A stretch of DNA of 64,000 nt from an uncultured Bacilli bacterium (GCA_944368975.1 CALVXI010000002.1:111110-175109); one strand, 5' to 3'; numbered from the stretch's first letter, positions 1 through 10,631 are shown. The notes: generated by a model from the sequence alone, not told the origin. Numbers and translations are program-made.

Positions 1-5
1 GAGAT

Positions 6-1235
6 GTGATTCAAGTTTCATCTTTTAAATTTAGTAATGGAGAAACTGAACAAACTTTTGGGAACATTTATACTGATCTTACAATTGATGAGAATAATAA
101 TGTTATTTTAAGAAATAATAATTATGCTTATGATGAAGAAAATGATAAATATTATTTATTAATGGCTAATGTTTCTAATGCTGGAGTTTATCAATATGAT
201 GAATATTCCAATTTTTTAACTTTAGTAGAAGCAGTACCTTATGATATAAATTACGTTACATATATAGAAGGTAATAAGGAATATCCTATTAGTTTATTAA
301 ATAATGATGTAAATCAAATTTATTTACCTCGAATTGAAAATAATGCTTATGTAACTCACCAAATTGAAAATGGTGATAATTATACCTTTAATATTGCAAT
401 TAGTCATAACTATGGTAATGAAGAAGATAGTAAACCAAATTATGAATCTAAAAAACTTATAATTAGTGATTTAGATAATAATCAAGTAATAGATAACTTA
501 AATTTTGGTTTGGATTATACTACTTATTGGAATGGACGGAATAGTTTTGTTAAAGCAGGTGAAGACTTTATTGAGTCCACAACATTAATTAGTCAAGCTA
601 TTGGTGGTTTATTTATTGGACAAGGCTGGGAGAATATGGGTGGCCCTGTTGCAATTTTTACACAAACTACTTCAATATTAACTAATAATCCTTTTAATTA
701 CTATCTACAAAGTTGGGGTATTATTAGTGTTAATTTAGCTTTATTTAATTTATTACCTTTCCCTGGACTAGATGGATGGCAAATTTTAGTTACAATTATT
801 GAAGGTATAACTAACTTTATTAAAAAACGTATTTATCTTGCTAATTTAAAAACAAAAGGAATGAAGATTTCTTTAGAAAAAATAAATTTAATGAAAAAAT
901 TAAATGAAGATATAATTGATGTAAAGAAAAAATATAAGGATAAATTTGAAATAGATATTGATAAAGATCCTTTTCTTAACGATTTTCCTCCAATTGGAAG
1001 CGAAGCCTATAGTGAATTAGAACCAAATCCTAAATTTGATATATATAAAGAATACCTCTATAAAATTGATGTCTATAACGATTATGTTAATAAAGAAAAT
1101 TTAAATGACATTACTTGTTTTAAAGAATGGGCTATCCCAGAAAAAATTAAAAATGTTGTTTCTTTAATTGGCTTAATTCTTTTATTTGGATTAATCGGTG
1201 TTGTATTTATTATGGATATTGTGAGGTTATTCTAG
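6..1235 (+). CDS. RseP-like M50 site-2 metalloprotease, C-terminal part (5' end lies outside the window)
   Basis: Frame is open to the window edge. FNLLPFPGLDGWQIL matches the second conserved M50/RseP motif. There is a terminal TM helix. rseP-polC adjacency matches Bacillus-type synteny. Confidence 0.7.
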   Translation: MIQVSSFKFSNGETEQTFGNIYTDLTIDENNNVILRNNNYAYDEENDKYYLLMANVSNAGVYQYDEYSNFLTLVEAVPYDINYVTYIEGNKEYPISLLNNDVNQIYLPRIENNAYVTHQIENGDNYTFNIAISHNYGNEEDSKPNYESKKLIISDLDNNQVIDNLNFGLDYTTYWNGRNSFVKAGEDFIESTTLISQAIGGLFIGQGWENMGGPVAIFTQTTSILTNNPFNYYLQSWGIISVNLALFNLLPFPGLDGWQILVTIIEGITNFIKKRIYLANLKTKGMKISLEKINLMKKLNEDIIDVKKKYKDKFEIDIDKDPFLNDFPPIGSEAYSELEPNPKFDIYKEYLYKIDVYNDYVNKENLNDITCFKEWAIPEKIKNVVSLIGLILLFGLIGVVFIMDIVRLF

Positions 1236-1236
1236 A

Positions 1237-4200
1237 ATGGTTGATGGTTTTAACAAGTTTAAAAAATTTTTAAATTCAATTAATATCGAAAATACTGAAG
1301 ATTTCGATATGGAATTTTTAAGTATTATTCGAAGTGATTACGATAATAATTTATTTATTTATACAATTAAAGCAAATAATCCATTAACTTATAAGTTAGC
1401 TAAAGAATTTTTAGATGCAACAAAAAATATTAAAAATTATGATTGTAAAATAAACATTATTAATGATAGAGCGATTAACGACCACGAACTAAAAGAATTT
1501 ATTACTGATTTTTTTAATGATTATTTAAACTCTTCTTTATATTTTGATATAACCGTAACTAATGATTATATAAATTTTATTTTTCAAGACGATAAGTTAA
1601 ATGAAAAATTTTTAAATAGTAAAGAATATATCGATCTTCAAAATATTTTAAATTTCTTTGGGTATAAAAAAGAAATTAAATTTATAGTAAATAAAAAAGA
1701 AGAAGACACTAAAATTTCTCCTAATGAAATTATTAAGGCCGAAGAAAAATTTGAAAATATAAAAGCTGTTGCAGAAGAAAATCTTGTGCAAACTTTAGAA
1801 GATAATTATAAAAGAATGCTTGAAGAAAGAAGACATCAAGATGCCTTTAAACATGCTTCAAATTATCAACACGCATTAATTAGAGACTTAGATAGTAATA
1901 GTGGTGCAGTTGAATTTGATGGAAAAATATTTGAGGTTGAAATTAAAGATACAAGAAGTGGAAAGAAATTTGCAAAAATAGGGATTAAAGATAAAACTAG
2001 TGCAATTTATGCAACTGCTTTTTCAAATTCTAGAAATATGCCACCTGAAAGATTACAAGAACTTAAAGCAGGTAAAAATATTTGGATTAAGGGGAAGGTT
2101 GATTTAGACCGATATTCTAATGAGTTAATTATAATTGTTCATCATTTTGAGTTTCTACCTGAAGATGAATTAAGAAAAGATGAAGCAAATGAAAAAAGAG
2201 TTGAATTACATATCCATACTAAGATGAGCGAAATGGATGCGGTTTCTACAGTTGAAGAATATTGTAAACTTGCTAAAAATATGGGTCATAAAGCAATAGG
2301 TATAACAGATCATGGCGTTGTACAAGCTTTTCCTGAAGCTCAAAATATGAGTAAAAAATATGGAATTAAAATTCTTTATGGCTGCGAATTATATGTCATT
2401 GATGATTATTTAACAGGATGTTTAAATCCAACAAATGAGAAATTAAAAGACTTGGAATTTATATGTTTTGATTTAGAAACAACTGGCTTAAATATAATGC
2501 ACGACAAAATTACTGAAGTTGGTGCAGTAAGAATAAAAAATGGTTTTATTACCGATAGATTAGACTTATTAATTAATCCAGAAATTGAAATACCATTAGA
2601 AATTCAAGAAAAAACAAATATAACTCAAGAAATGGTCTCAAATTGTCCAACAATTAAAGAAGCACTACCTCATATTTTGGAATTTTTTAAAGGTGCAGCC
2701 TTAGTTTCCCATAATATTGAATTTGACTATAATATGTTAAATGAAGCGATGGTAAATAATGGGTTTGGAAGTTTGACTGCTCCTGGACTTGACACTTTAG
2801 CTTTTTCAAGATATTTCTTCCCTGATTCAGCTAGACATAGATTAGGCTCATTATGTAAAAGGCTTGATATTGATTATGATGAAGAAAGCGCTCATAGAGC
2901 TGATTATGATGCTGAAGTTTTATCGAAATGTTTCTTGTCAATTCGATCAATGTTTTTAAAAGAAAATAAAGAATTAACATTAAACGATTTAGAGCACTTA
3001 ACAATAACTACTGAAATGCTAAAGAAAAGATCTTTTAAGAATTTTCATTACACGGTTTATGCTAAAAATAGACAAGGTTTAAAAGATTTATATCGAATCG
3101 TTAGTGAATCTCATATTAATTATATGGGTTATGTTCCTTCTACTCCAAAATCATTATTAGAAAAATATCGTGAAAATTTAATTATTGGGAGTGCTTGTTT
3201 TAATGGAGAAGTTTTTTATGCATGTGGTCATAGAAACTTAAAAAGCCTGCAAAAAGCCATTGAATTTTGTGATTTTATCGAAATTCAACCACTAGAATGT
3301 TATTCTTTTTTAGTTAATTATCATATTGATGGAATGTATTCAATCGATGATGTTAAAAGAAATTTATTAATAATTATTAATGAAGCCAAAAAATTAAACA
3401 AAATAATTTGTGCAACTGGTGATGTTCATTATGCGGAACTTGATGAAAAGATTTATCGTGAAATTTTAATCGCTAATAATTCGGTTGGCAAAGGTTTACA
3501 TCCATTAAAACCAATGGACGGAGCCATAAATACTTATGGAAGACATGAAAGTCCAGATCAACATTTTTTATCAACAGTCGAAATGATTGATGCTTTTAAA
3601 TGGCTAAATAGCGAAGAAGATATTTACAATTTTGTTATTAAAAATACAAATTTGATTGCTGATATGTGTGAGGAGATTCAACCTATTCCAAGTGGTTTAT
3701 ATACTCCTAAAATTGATAATTGTGAAAATTTATTAAAAGATATAGTTTATAAAAGCGCACACGAAATTTATGGTGATGTCTTACCTAAATTGATAGAAGA
3801 ACGACTTGAACAAGAACTTAACGGTATTATCAGTAATGGTTTTAGTGTTATTTATTATATTGCTCATAAGTTAGTTCAAAAAGCTAATGAAGATGGATAT
3901 TTAGTTGGTAGTAGAGGAAGCGTTGGAAGTAGTTTAGTTGCAACAATGGCTAAAATTACGGAGGTTAATCCATTACCTCCACATTATCATTGTCCTAAAT
4001 GTCGACATGTTGAATTTTACGAAGGAAAAGATATAACTTCTGGTTATGATTTGTCTGAAAAAAGATGTCCAGAGTGTGGAGAAATAATGATCGCAGATGG
4101 TCAATCAATTCCATTTCAAACATTTTTAGGTTTTAAAGCAGAAAAAGTTCCAGATATAGATTTAAATTTCCCAACTGATTATCAAGCAACTGCCCATGAT

Positions 4201-5625
4201 TATACAAAAGTATTACTTGGAGAAAAAAATGTTTATCGTGCAGGAACTATATCCGCTGTTCAATTTAAAACCGCTATGGGATATGTAAATAAAGGTTATT
4301 TTGAGGAATATTTAAAACTTAAACCTAGTGAATTGCCACCTCGAGCTGTGCGAAATGCTTTAGCTTATGGTTGTACAGACGTTAAAAGAACTACAGGGCA
4401 ACATCCTGGAGGTATCGTAGTTGTTCCTCGTGATTATGAAGTTTATGATTTTACGCCTATTCAATATCCTGCAGGAGATGATGAAGCTAACTGGCAAACA
4501 ACTCATTTTGATTTCCATTCAATTCATGATACGATTTTAAAACTAGATATGTTAGGTCATGTTGATCCTCAAGCTTTAAAGATGATGAGTGACTTATCTC
4601 ACATCGATTGTCGAACAGTTCCATTAAATGATCCAAAAGTAATTTCTATTTTCTCAAGTGATGATGCATTAAATTTATCTCATAAATATATGCAAAAAGA
4701 TAATGGAGCACTTGGATTACCAGAATTTGGTACCCAATTTGTTCGTCAGATGCTTAGAGAAACTAAGCCAAAAACATTTAGAGATTTAGTTATTATTTCA
4801 GGATTAAGTCATGGAACTGATGTTTGGAATAATAACGCACAAGATCTAATTAACTCTGGTATAACTGATTTAAAAGGAGTTATTGGGTGTCGTGATGATA
4901 TTATGACATATTTAATTTCTTTAGGAATGGACGCCAGTCAATCTTTTAAAATAATGGAAACTGTTAGAAAAGGAAAACCATTAAAATCTGAAGATATTGA
5001 ATCAATGAAAGAACATAAAGTTCCAGATTTTTATATTGATTCATGTAAGAAAATTAAATATTTATTCCCTAAAGGTCATGCTTGCGCTTATGTTATGATG
5101 GCAATTCGTGTTGCATTTTATAAGGTATATTATCCTCTTGAATATTACGCAACTTATTTTAGTTTGCGATGCGAACAATATGACATTGAGTCAATGATTA
5201 AAGGTATTGACGGAATTAATGATAAATTAATTGAATATAAACAAAGAAGAGCCTCTAATAATCCTGATCAAGCATTATCAAATAAAGAAGAAGAAATTGA
5301 AAAGATGCTTTTGGTTGCTTTAGAAATGACTGAAAGAGGATATAAATTTACTAATTTAAATTTAGAAAAGAGTGATGGAATGAACTTTGTTATTGATTAT
5401 GAAAATAAAGCCTTAATTCCACCATTTAAAGTATTAGATGGTTTAGGAGAAAAGGCTGCTCAAAGTATTATTGAGGCTAGAAATGAAAAATCTTTCATTT
5501 CTAAAGAAGATTTAAGACAAAGAGGAAAATTAACTGTCACAAATATGGCATTACTTGAAAAACTTGGCGTATTAAATAATTTGAGTGAAACAAGTCAAAT
5601 GTCTTTATTTAGTTTTGAATTTTAA
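1237..5625 (+). CDS. polC: DNA polymerase III PolC-type (Gram-positive replicative polymerase with internal 3'-5' exonuclease)
   Basis: 1462 aa. PHP motif HIHTKMSEMDA, exonuclease motifs FDLETTGL and HNIEFDYNML, Zn-finger CPKC...CPEC, and polymerase core. Confidence 0.97.
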   Translation: MVDGFNKFKKFLNSINIENTEDFDMEFLSIIRSDYDNNLFIYTIKANNPLTYKLAKEFLDATKNIKNYDCKINIINDRAINDHELKEFITDFFNDYLNSSLYFDITVTNDYINFIFQDDKLNEKFLNSKEYIDLQNILNFFGYKKEIKFIVNKKEEDTKISPNEIIKAEEKFENIKAVAEENLVQTLEDNYKRMLEERRHQDAFKHASNYQHALIRDLDSNSGAVEFDGKIFEVEIKDTRSGKKFAKIGIKDKTSAIYATAFSNSRNMPPERLQELKAGKNIWIKGKVDLDRYSNELIIIVHHFEFLPEDELRKDEANEKRVELHIHTKMSEMDAVSTVEEYCKLAKNMGHKAIGITDHGVVQAFPEAQNMSKKYGIKILYGCELYVIDDYLTGCLNPTNEKLKDLEFICFDLETTGLNIMHDKITEVGAVRIKNGFITDRLDLLINPEIEIPLEIQEKTNITQEMVSNCPTIKEALPHILEFFKGAALVSHNIEFDYNMLNEAMVNNGFGSLTAPGLDTLAFSRYFFPDSARHRLGSLCKRLDIDYDEESAHRADYDAEVLSKCFLSIRSMFLKENKELTLNDLEHLTITTEMLKKRSFKNFHYTVYAKNRQGLKDLYRIVSESHINYMGYVPSTPKSLLEKYRENLIIGSACFNGEVFYACGHRNLKSLQKAIEFCDFIEIQPLECYSFLVNYHIDGMYSIDDVKRNLLIIINEAKKLNKIICATGDVHYAELDEKIYREILIANNSVGKGLHPLKPMDGAINTYGRHESPDQHFLSTVEMIDAFKWLNSEEDIYNFVIKNTNLIADMCEEIQPIPSGLYTPKIDNCENLLKDIVYKSAHEIYGDVLPKLIEERLEQELNGIISNGFSVIYYIAHKLVQKANEDGYLVGSRGSVGSSLVATMAKITEVNPLPPHYHCPKCRHVEFYEGKDITSGYDLSEKRCPECGEIMIADGQSIPFQTFLGFKAEKVPDIDLNFPTDYQATAHDYTKVLLGEKNVYRAGTISAVQFKTAMGYVNKGYFEEYLKLKPSELPPRAVRNALAYGCTDVKRTTGQHPGGIVVVPRDYEVYDFTPIQYPAGDDEANWQTTHFDFHSIHDTILKLDMLGHVDPQALKMMSDLSHIDCRTVPLNDPKVISIFSSDDALNLSHKYMQKDNGALGLPEFGTQFVRQMLRETKPKTFRDLVIISGLSHGTDVWNNNAQDLINSGITDLKGVIGCRDDIMTYLISLGMDASQSFKIMETVRKGKPLKSEDIESMKEHKVPDFYIDSCKKIKYLFPKGHACAYVMMAIRVAFYKVYYPLEYYATYFSLRCEQYDIESMIKGIDGINDKLIEYKQRRASNNPDQALSNKEEEIEKMLLVALEMTERGYKFTNLNLEKSDGMNFVIDYENKALIPPFKVLDGLGEKAAQSIIEARNEKSFISKEDLRQRGKLTVTNMALLEKLGVLNNLSETSQMSLFSFEF

Positions 5626-5642
5626 TTAAAATATTGATTAGT

Positions 5643-5720
5643 CCCGCAGTAACTCAGTCCGGATAGAGTAGCACCCTCCTAAGGTGAAAGTCAGAGGTTC
5701 AAATCCCCTCTGCGGGGCCA
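5643..5720 (+). tRNA. tRNA-Arg (anticodon CCU), CCA encoded
   Basis: Hand-folded cloverleaf: acceptor CCCGCAG/CTGCGGG, anticodon loop CT-CCT-AA, T-loop TTCAAAT. One mismatch each in the anticodon and T stems. Confidence 0.8.
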
Positions 5721-5732
5721 TTTTTGACAAAC

Positions 5733-5764
5733 ACCTATAATATGTAAGCATTATAGGTTTTTTA
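5733..5764 (+). terminator. Intrinsic terminator after tRNA-Arg
   Basis: 9-bp stem ACCTATAAT/ATTATAGGT followed by a T6 run. Confidence 0.8.
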
Positions 5765-6155
5765 CTAAATTTTACCCATTTGTGCTTGTTATGTCGTGAT
5801 CTAAAATTTTAGGTTCCTATCTCAAGCACCAAAATTAGTCAAAATGCCCCTAAAAGTTCGAACCACCGCAATACGCACACCGCAATAACACTTCTGGTTC
5901 GAACATTCACAAATTATGAATATAGATATTAGGAGAAATATTGATTTAGCCACTGTGAAATCACAATTTCCGAAAAAATTTTTGTTTTAGTCAAAAATTT
6001 GTCGAAACTCTGATTGAATCTTAAATATGTGCCAAAACTTTCTAAATCATTGGTATTGTAGAAACTTCTAATGTAACTGCATACTATTTTCTGGTTGTTT
6101 TCTGGTTGTTTACTGGTTGTAGTATAGCTACAATAATTAGCGAGGTGATATTGAG

Positions 6156-7472
6156 ATGCTTATTGATGAAAACGACAAATTAGAATATAAAGAAAGAGTT
6201 TCAAATTCTTTACCAAAAGAGATTGTTTCGTTCTTAAATTCCGAAGGAGGAACAATATTAATTGGCATAAATAACAAGAAAGATCTTGTTGGTGTCATTA
6301 ACATAGATGAAGCTATGCGACAAATTTCGGACATCATGACCGATCAAATTTCGCCACGTTGCATATCTTTTGTTAAACAATTTCACGAAATAATAGACGG
6401 CAAAGATATTATTAAAATTGAAATCAAAAAAGGAGACCAATTGTTTTATATAAAGAAATACGGTTTGTCAGAAATGGGGTGCTATATAAGAATAGGCTCT
6501 TCTTGCAAAAGCTTAACACCCGAGGAAATCAAAGAAAGATTTATCAAGTCGTTATCAAATATTACAACGAGCATTGTTGATATTCCCTCTAGAAAAAATA
6601 ATCTCACATTTCAGATTTTAAAAAACTATTTACTGTCGAATAATAACCATATTTCCGATGATACTTTTTTAGAAAACTATCATCTATTAACAGAGGAAGG
6701 ACATTTTAACTATTTAGCAGAACTTTTAGCCGATAAAAACGACATTGTTATAAATGTTGCGACATTTGCCTCTTCAGATAAAACGAAATATTTAAGAAGG
6801 GAGGAATTTGGTGGGAAATGTTTATTGTTGTCAATGGAACAAGCGAAAAATTATGTGAATTCAATTAATCAAACGTTTGTGGATGTTACAACAACACCGC
6901 GAAAAGAAAGAAAAATGTTTGATACTGAGGCGTTTGAACAAGCATGGATTAACGCATGTGTGCATAACAAATGGAGTGAAAGCAACCATCCGGGTATATA
7001 TATTTATAACAATCGCTTAGAAATTGAATCGTTTGGTGGAATACCTAGAGTTTTAACCAAGGAACAATTTCTACGAGGCAAAAGTGAACCTGTAAATAAA
7101 CAATTATTTGATATATTTAGAGCGTGTAATTTTGCTGAAGAAAGTGGCCACGGCGTTCCTTCAGTTGTTAAAGCTTATGGTGAGGATGCTTATATCTTTT
7201 CTGAATATTTCATTGATGTAGTAATCCCATTTAATAGAGAAGGTTTTAATAAGGCAACCACAAAAACAACCATAATACAACCAGAAAACATAGAAGAGGA
7301 AATAATTCAATTAATTAAAAATAATGAAAAGATTTCTAGAAAAGATATAGCAATTGTTTTGCATAAAACAGAGGGAAGCATTAGACATCATTTAAAAAAA
7401 TTACAAGAAAAAAAGATTATCAAGCATTCAGGGCCAGACAAAGGTGGATATTGGGAAATCATAAAATCATAA
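6156..7472 (+). CDS. AlbA_2 (Schlafen-like) DNA-binding domain / ATPase-like / C-terminal wHTH protein (COG2865-type putative regulator)
   Basis: N-terminus LEYKERVSNSLPKEIVSFLNSEGGTILIGI is typical of AlbA_2 domains. The C-terminus ISRKDIAIVLHKTEGSIRHHLKKLQEKKII looks like a winged HTH. Confidence 0.65.
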   Translation: MLIDENDKLEYKERVSNSLPKEIVSFLNSEGGTILIGINNKKDLVGVINIDEAMRQISDIMTDQISPRCISFVKQFHEIIDGKDIIKIEIKKGDQLFYIKKYGLSEMGCYIRIGSSCKSLTPEEIKERFIKSLSNITTSIVDIPSRKNNLTFQILKNYLLSNNNHISDDTFLENYHLLTEEGHFNYLAELLADKNDIVINVATFASSDKTKYLRREEFGGKCLLLSMEQAKNYVNSINQTFVDVTTTPRKERKMFDTEAFEQAWINACVHNKWSESNHPGIYIYNNRLEIESFGGIPRVLTKEQFLRGKSEPVNKQLFDIFRACNFAEESGHGVPSVVKAYGEDAYIFSEYFIDVVIPFNREGFNKATTKTTIIQPENIEEEIIQLIKNNEKISRKDIAIVLHKTEGSIRHHLKKLQEKKIIKHSGPDKGGYWEIIKS

Positions 7473-7588
7473 TAAGAACAGAAGACTTTTATTAAGACAT
7501 TAAAGACGTTCGTTTCTCAATGTTTGATACATTTAAGACGTTTTTCAAACACATTATTTTAAAAATCCTTGCAAATTCCAAAAATTTT

Positions 7589-8407
7589 TTAAGATAAAGC
7601 AATATCAAGAATCATCATTATAACAAAGCCGATTAAAAATGACCATGTACCTAAATGATGAGTATTTTCATTTTGTGAGTCAGGAATAAGTTCTTCGATT
7701 ATTGCATATATCATACATCCTGCAGAAAATGCTAATGCCCATGGTAAAATTTCACTAACAAAAGTGGCTAGTAATAAGCCAAATATCGCAGCTATTGGTT
7801 CAACAATGCCAGTTAATGTTCCAAAAGCAAACGCTTTTTTTCTTGAAAATCCTTCTTCAAGTAAAGGTAAAGATATAGCTGCACCTTCAGGAAAATTTTG
7901 TAAAGCCATACCAATTGAAAGCATCAATCCACTTAAAAATAAAGGTGAAGTTAGATCATTAGTTGAGAATGCAACACCAAAAGCAATTCCTACACTAAAG
8001 CCTTCAGGAATATTATGCAATAAGATAGCAAAAAATAATTTTGTATTTCTCGATATTTTATTTGTTTTAATACCTTCTTCGAAATTATTATCTTGATGAA
8101 TATGAGGAATTATCTTATCTAATAAATATAAAAAGCCAAATCCAAGAATAAGTCCGACTACGACTATTATCCATTTTAAATTTTCTGGAAGATAATTATT
8201 AGATTGATCGTTTAAAGCCGGAAGTAATAAACTAAAAATAGATGCACTAAGCATTACTCCACTAGCAAAACCATTAAAGATAACTCTTGTTTTAAGATTA
8301 ATTTTTTTAAATAAGAAAACTAAAGCACTACCAAGAGTAGTGCCTAAAGTAATTAATATAAATCCTATAATTGTATATCCAATGCCATTCATATTAATCA
8401 AAAACAC
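7589..8407 (-). CDS. ZIP-family divalent metal (zinc) transporter
   Basis: Polytopic membrane protein with HNIPEGFSVG and QNFPEGAAIS ZIP signature helices. Confidence 0.85.
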   Translation of the reverse strand: MFLINMNGIGYTIIGFILITLGTTLGSALVFLFKKINLKTRVIFNGFASGVMLSASIFSLLLPALNDQSNNYLPENLKWIIVVVGLILGFGFLYLLDKIIPHIHQDNNFEEGIKTNKISRNTKLFFAILLHNIPEGFSVGIAFGVAFSTNDLTSPLFLSGLMLSIGMALQNFPEGAAISLPLLEEGFSRKKAFAFGTLTGIVEPIAAIFGLLLATFVSEILPWALAFSAGCMIYAIIEELIPDSQNENTHHLGTWSFLIGFVIMMILDIALS

Positions 8408-9485
8408 AAAGGTTTATTTTTACTTCGTTTTCAGTTACCCCGCCATGATGGCCTAATAAAACACCATTTTCTAAAGTATTATTTAGCGCATATTCAGTGT
8501 TACTAATTAAGAAGTAATCTCCTAAAGTTTCTAAAAATTCATGATGATACTTGGATGAATAACCAAATATATTTTCGTTTAAAATTTCTTGTTTCGTTTT
8601 AAGAATAAATTTATCTTTATAATGTTTATTATAAGCGTTTATAAACTTATTTTTATCCCTAACTTTAAAGGAAGCAAAACGACCTTCAATAAAGAAATTT
8701 TTATCTTCTAATGAATCATAAAAATCTTCAAATTCATGAATATCAAGATTTTTAATGTTGACCATTCCATGGTCGGCTATTAATAAAAATAAAAAATTTG
8801 GATGGCTTTCTACGAGGTTTTTAATATAAAAATCAAGTTCTTTAACTATTTCTGGAATTAATTTATCATCTAATCCAACTCCATGCATATCATGGTCTGG
8901 TTCAGTTGAATATATATAAACAAAATTATAAGAATCAATTAAATTATTAGCTTCTTCAAACATTGTTTCTATAGGATTATTTGACATATTTATATAGTCA
9001 AAAGAATGAAAACTTCTAGCTTTAAAAATGTTATTTTTATTAATTATATCAATAATAGTTTCATACTTTAAAATATCTTCAGTTACAGGTGGATTAATCT
9101 TTTCATTGGTAAAAGGATTTTTACTAGGAAAGACATCTATATACTGATCATATTTTTTAAAATATTGATTCCAACCAACATAACCAGTTTCACAAGGATA
9201 CTTACCTGAAAGAAGACTAGTAGTTGCAGCTACAGTTGTTGGTGGATAAACTGAATTGATTTCCTTTTTAATGTGTCTATAAATAAAAGGACAATATTCT
9301 TTATATTTTTCCATAACAAATTTTCCAAATCCATCAAGTAATATTAAGCAAACTTGATTTTCTTTAGAATTTAAAATTCTATCGATTTCATCATTAGAAT
9401 TGTGAAATGTTTGGCATGAGAATTTCTTTAAAATTGAGTTAGATAAATTAACTAATGAATTAGTTTTTGATAATTTTATTTCCAT
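8394..9485 (-). CDS. Alkaline-phosphatase-superfamily phosphodiesterase / nucleotide pyrophosphatase-like protein
   Basis: Motifs LLDGFG, YPPTTVAATTSLLSGKYP, ADHGM and GHHGG. Overlaps the downstream ZIP gene by 14 nt, which suggests an operon. Confidence 0.65.
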   Translation of the reverse strand: MEIKLSKTNSLVNLSNSILKKFSCQTFHNSNDEIDRILNSKENQVCLILLDGFGKFVMEKYKEYCPFIYRHIKKEINSVYPPTTVAATTSLLSGKYPCETGYVGWNQYFKKYDQYIDVFPSKNPFTNEKINPPVTEDILKYETIIDIINKNNIFKARSFHSFDYINMSNNPIETMFEEANNLIDSYNFVYIYSTEPDHDMHGVGLDDKLIPEIVKELDFYIKNLVESHPNFLFLLIADHGMVNIKNLDIHEFEDFYDSLEDKNFFIEGRFASFKVRDKNKFINAYNKHYKDKFILKTKQEILNENIFGYSSKYHHEFLETLGDYFLISNTEYALNNTLENGVLLGHHGGVTENEVKINLCVFD

Positions 9486-9728
9486 GAATAATATTGTAAA
9501 TAAAGTATTTTATAAATCAAATGAAATGATTAAAAAAATAAATTCAGATAAATCATAACTATTTTTGCTCTATAAAATGATTTTTTTAATAAATTTGATA
9601 GAGATATCAAAAAATTATCTAAAAAGAGAATAAATTCTTAAAAAGTCTTTAAAAGTTAAATATTTTTTAATTTTTTTTGCAAAAAACTATTTATTTTTAT
9701 CTAAAATCTTATTAAAATAATTTTAGTT

Positions 9729-10607
9729 ATGAATTACCTTCAAGATATTATTATCGTGATTGTATTGATTATTTCCTTATTATTAGGGCTTTTTAATGGC
9801 ACATTAAAAAGAATTTGGAAGTTAATTGTATTTGCTATTTTATTTTCAATTTTATTTTTCTTATTTAAAGATGTCGCTATTAATTTCCTTAGATATGATT
9901 TATTAAAATTATTTGCACCTAATGGTTATACGATAACAATAGATACAAATTTGACCGTAGTAATAACAAATATTGAAGATGTATTCGTAGTTTTACAAAA
10001 TCTTGATCCAAGTTTAAGTGGAGAATATTTAAAATTAACTTGTGAATTAACTTGTACAATTGTTTATTTCGTAGCTTGTTTGCTAGTAAGTATAATTGTT
10101 GGAGAAATTGTAAGCGTAATTACATATTTCTTCCTAAAATATTTATTCCCTAAATCTTGGAGAAAACCAAAATTCTTATCTAGACTATTTGGTGCGATCA
10201 TTAGCGTCATTCAATGGTTCTTTATCATTTTCATGTTTAGCATAAGCTTAGGACAATTTAGTGGATTACTTGAAAATTTTGTTCCGATATTCCAAGAAAT
10301 TCCAAATGTTGGAGATATGGCAGAACAGATTGACCAAATTGTATCCTATGTTTTATTAGTAATTAATCCTTATAATTCTATAATTATGAGTTCAATTTAT
10401 AATGCATTATTAGGAAATAACATTGATCCTTATTCATTACTAAGTTTTGAATATGACGGACTTAAAATTACATTTGAAAAAGCGTTTGAACCTTTATATA
10501 AACCTCTTCAAGAACTAATTGTCTATATTAATTCTAGTAGCCAAGGTGGTGGAGAAGAAGTTTCACCTACTAATTTAGCTAATTTAGGTTTTAATTATTT
10601 TATTTAA
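9729..10607 (+). CDS. Polytopic membrane protein, possibly CvpA-family
   Basis: N-terminal hydrophobic pattern DIIIVIVLIISLLLGLFNGTLKRIWKLIVF resembles CvpA. No catalytic motifs seen. Confidence 0.4.
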   Translation: MNYLQDIIIVIVLIISLLLGLFNGTLKRIWKLIVFAILFSILFFLFKDVAINFLRYDLLKLFAPNGYTITIDTNLTVVITNIEDVFVVLQNLDPSLSGEYLKLTCELTCTIVYFVACLLVSIIVGEIVSVITYFFLKYLFPKSWRKPKFLSRLFGAIISVIQWFFIIFMFSISLGQFSGLLENFVPIFQEIPNVGDMAEQIDQIVSYVLLVINPYNSIIMSSIYNALLGNNIDPYSLLSFEYDGLKITFEKAFEPLYKPLQELIVYINSSSQGGGEEVSPTNLANLGFNYFI

Positions 10608-10631
10608 ATAGATTAAAAGGAGGATTAAAAC

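Noticed and set aside
5721-7588. The tRNA-Arg-adjacent AlbA_2 gene as a bounded genomic island
   Set aside because: No copy of the tRNA-Arg 3' end was found downstream of the gene, and no integrase or transposase is present. I report it only as an accessory-looking gene with unusual repeats.
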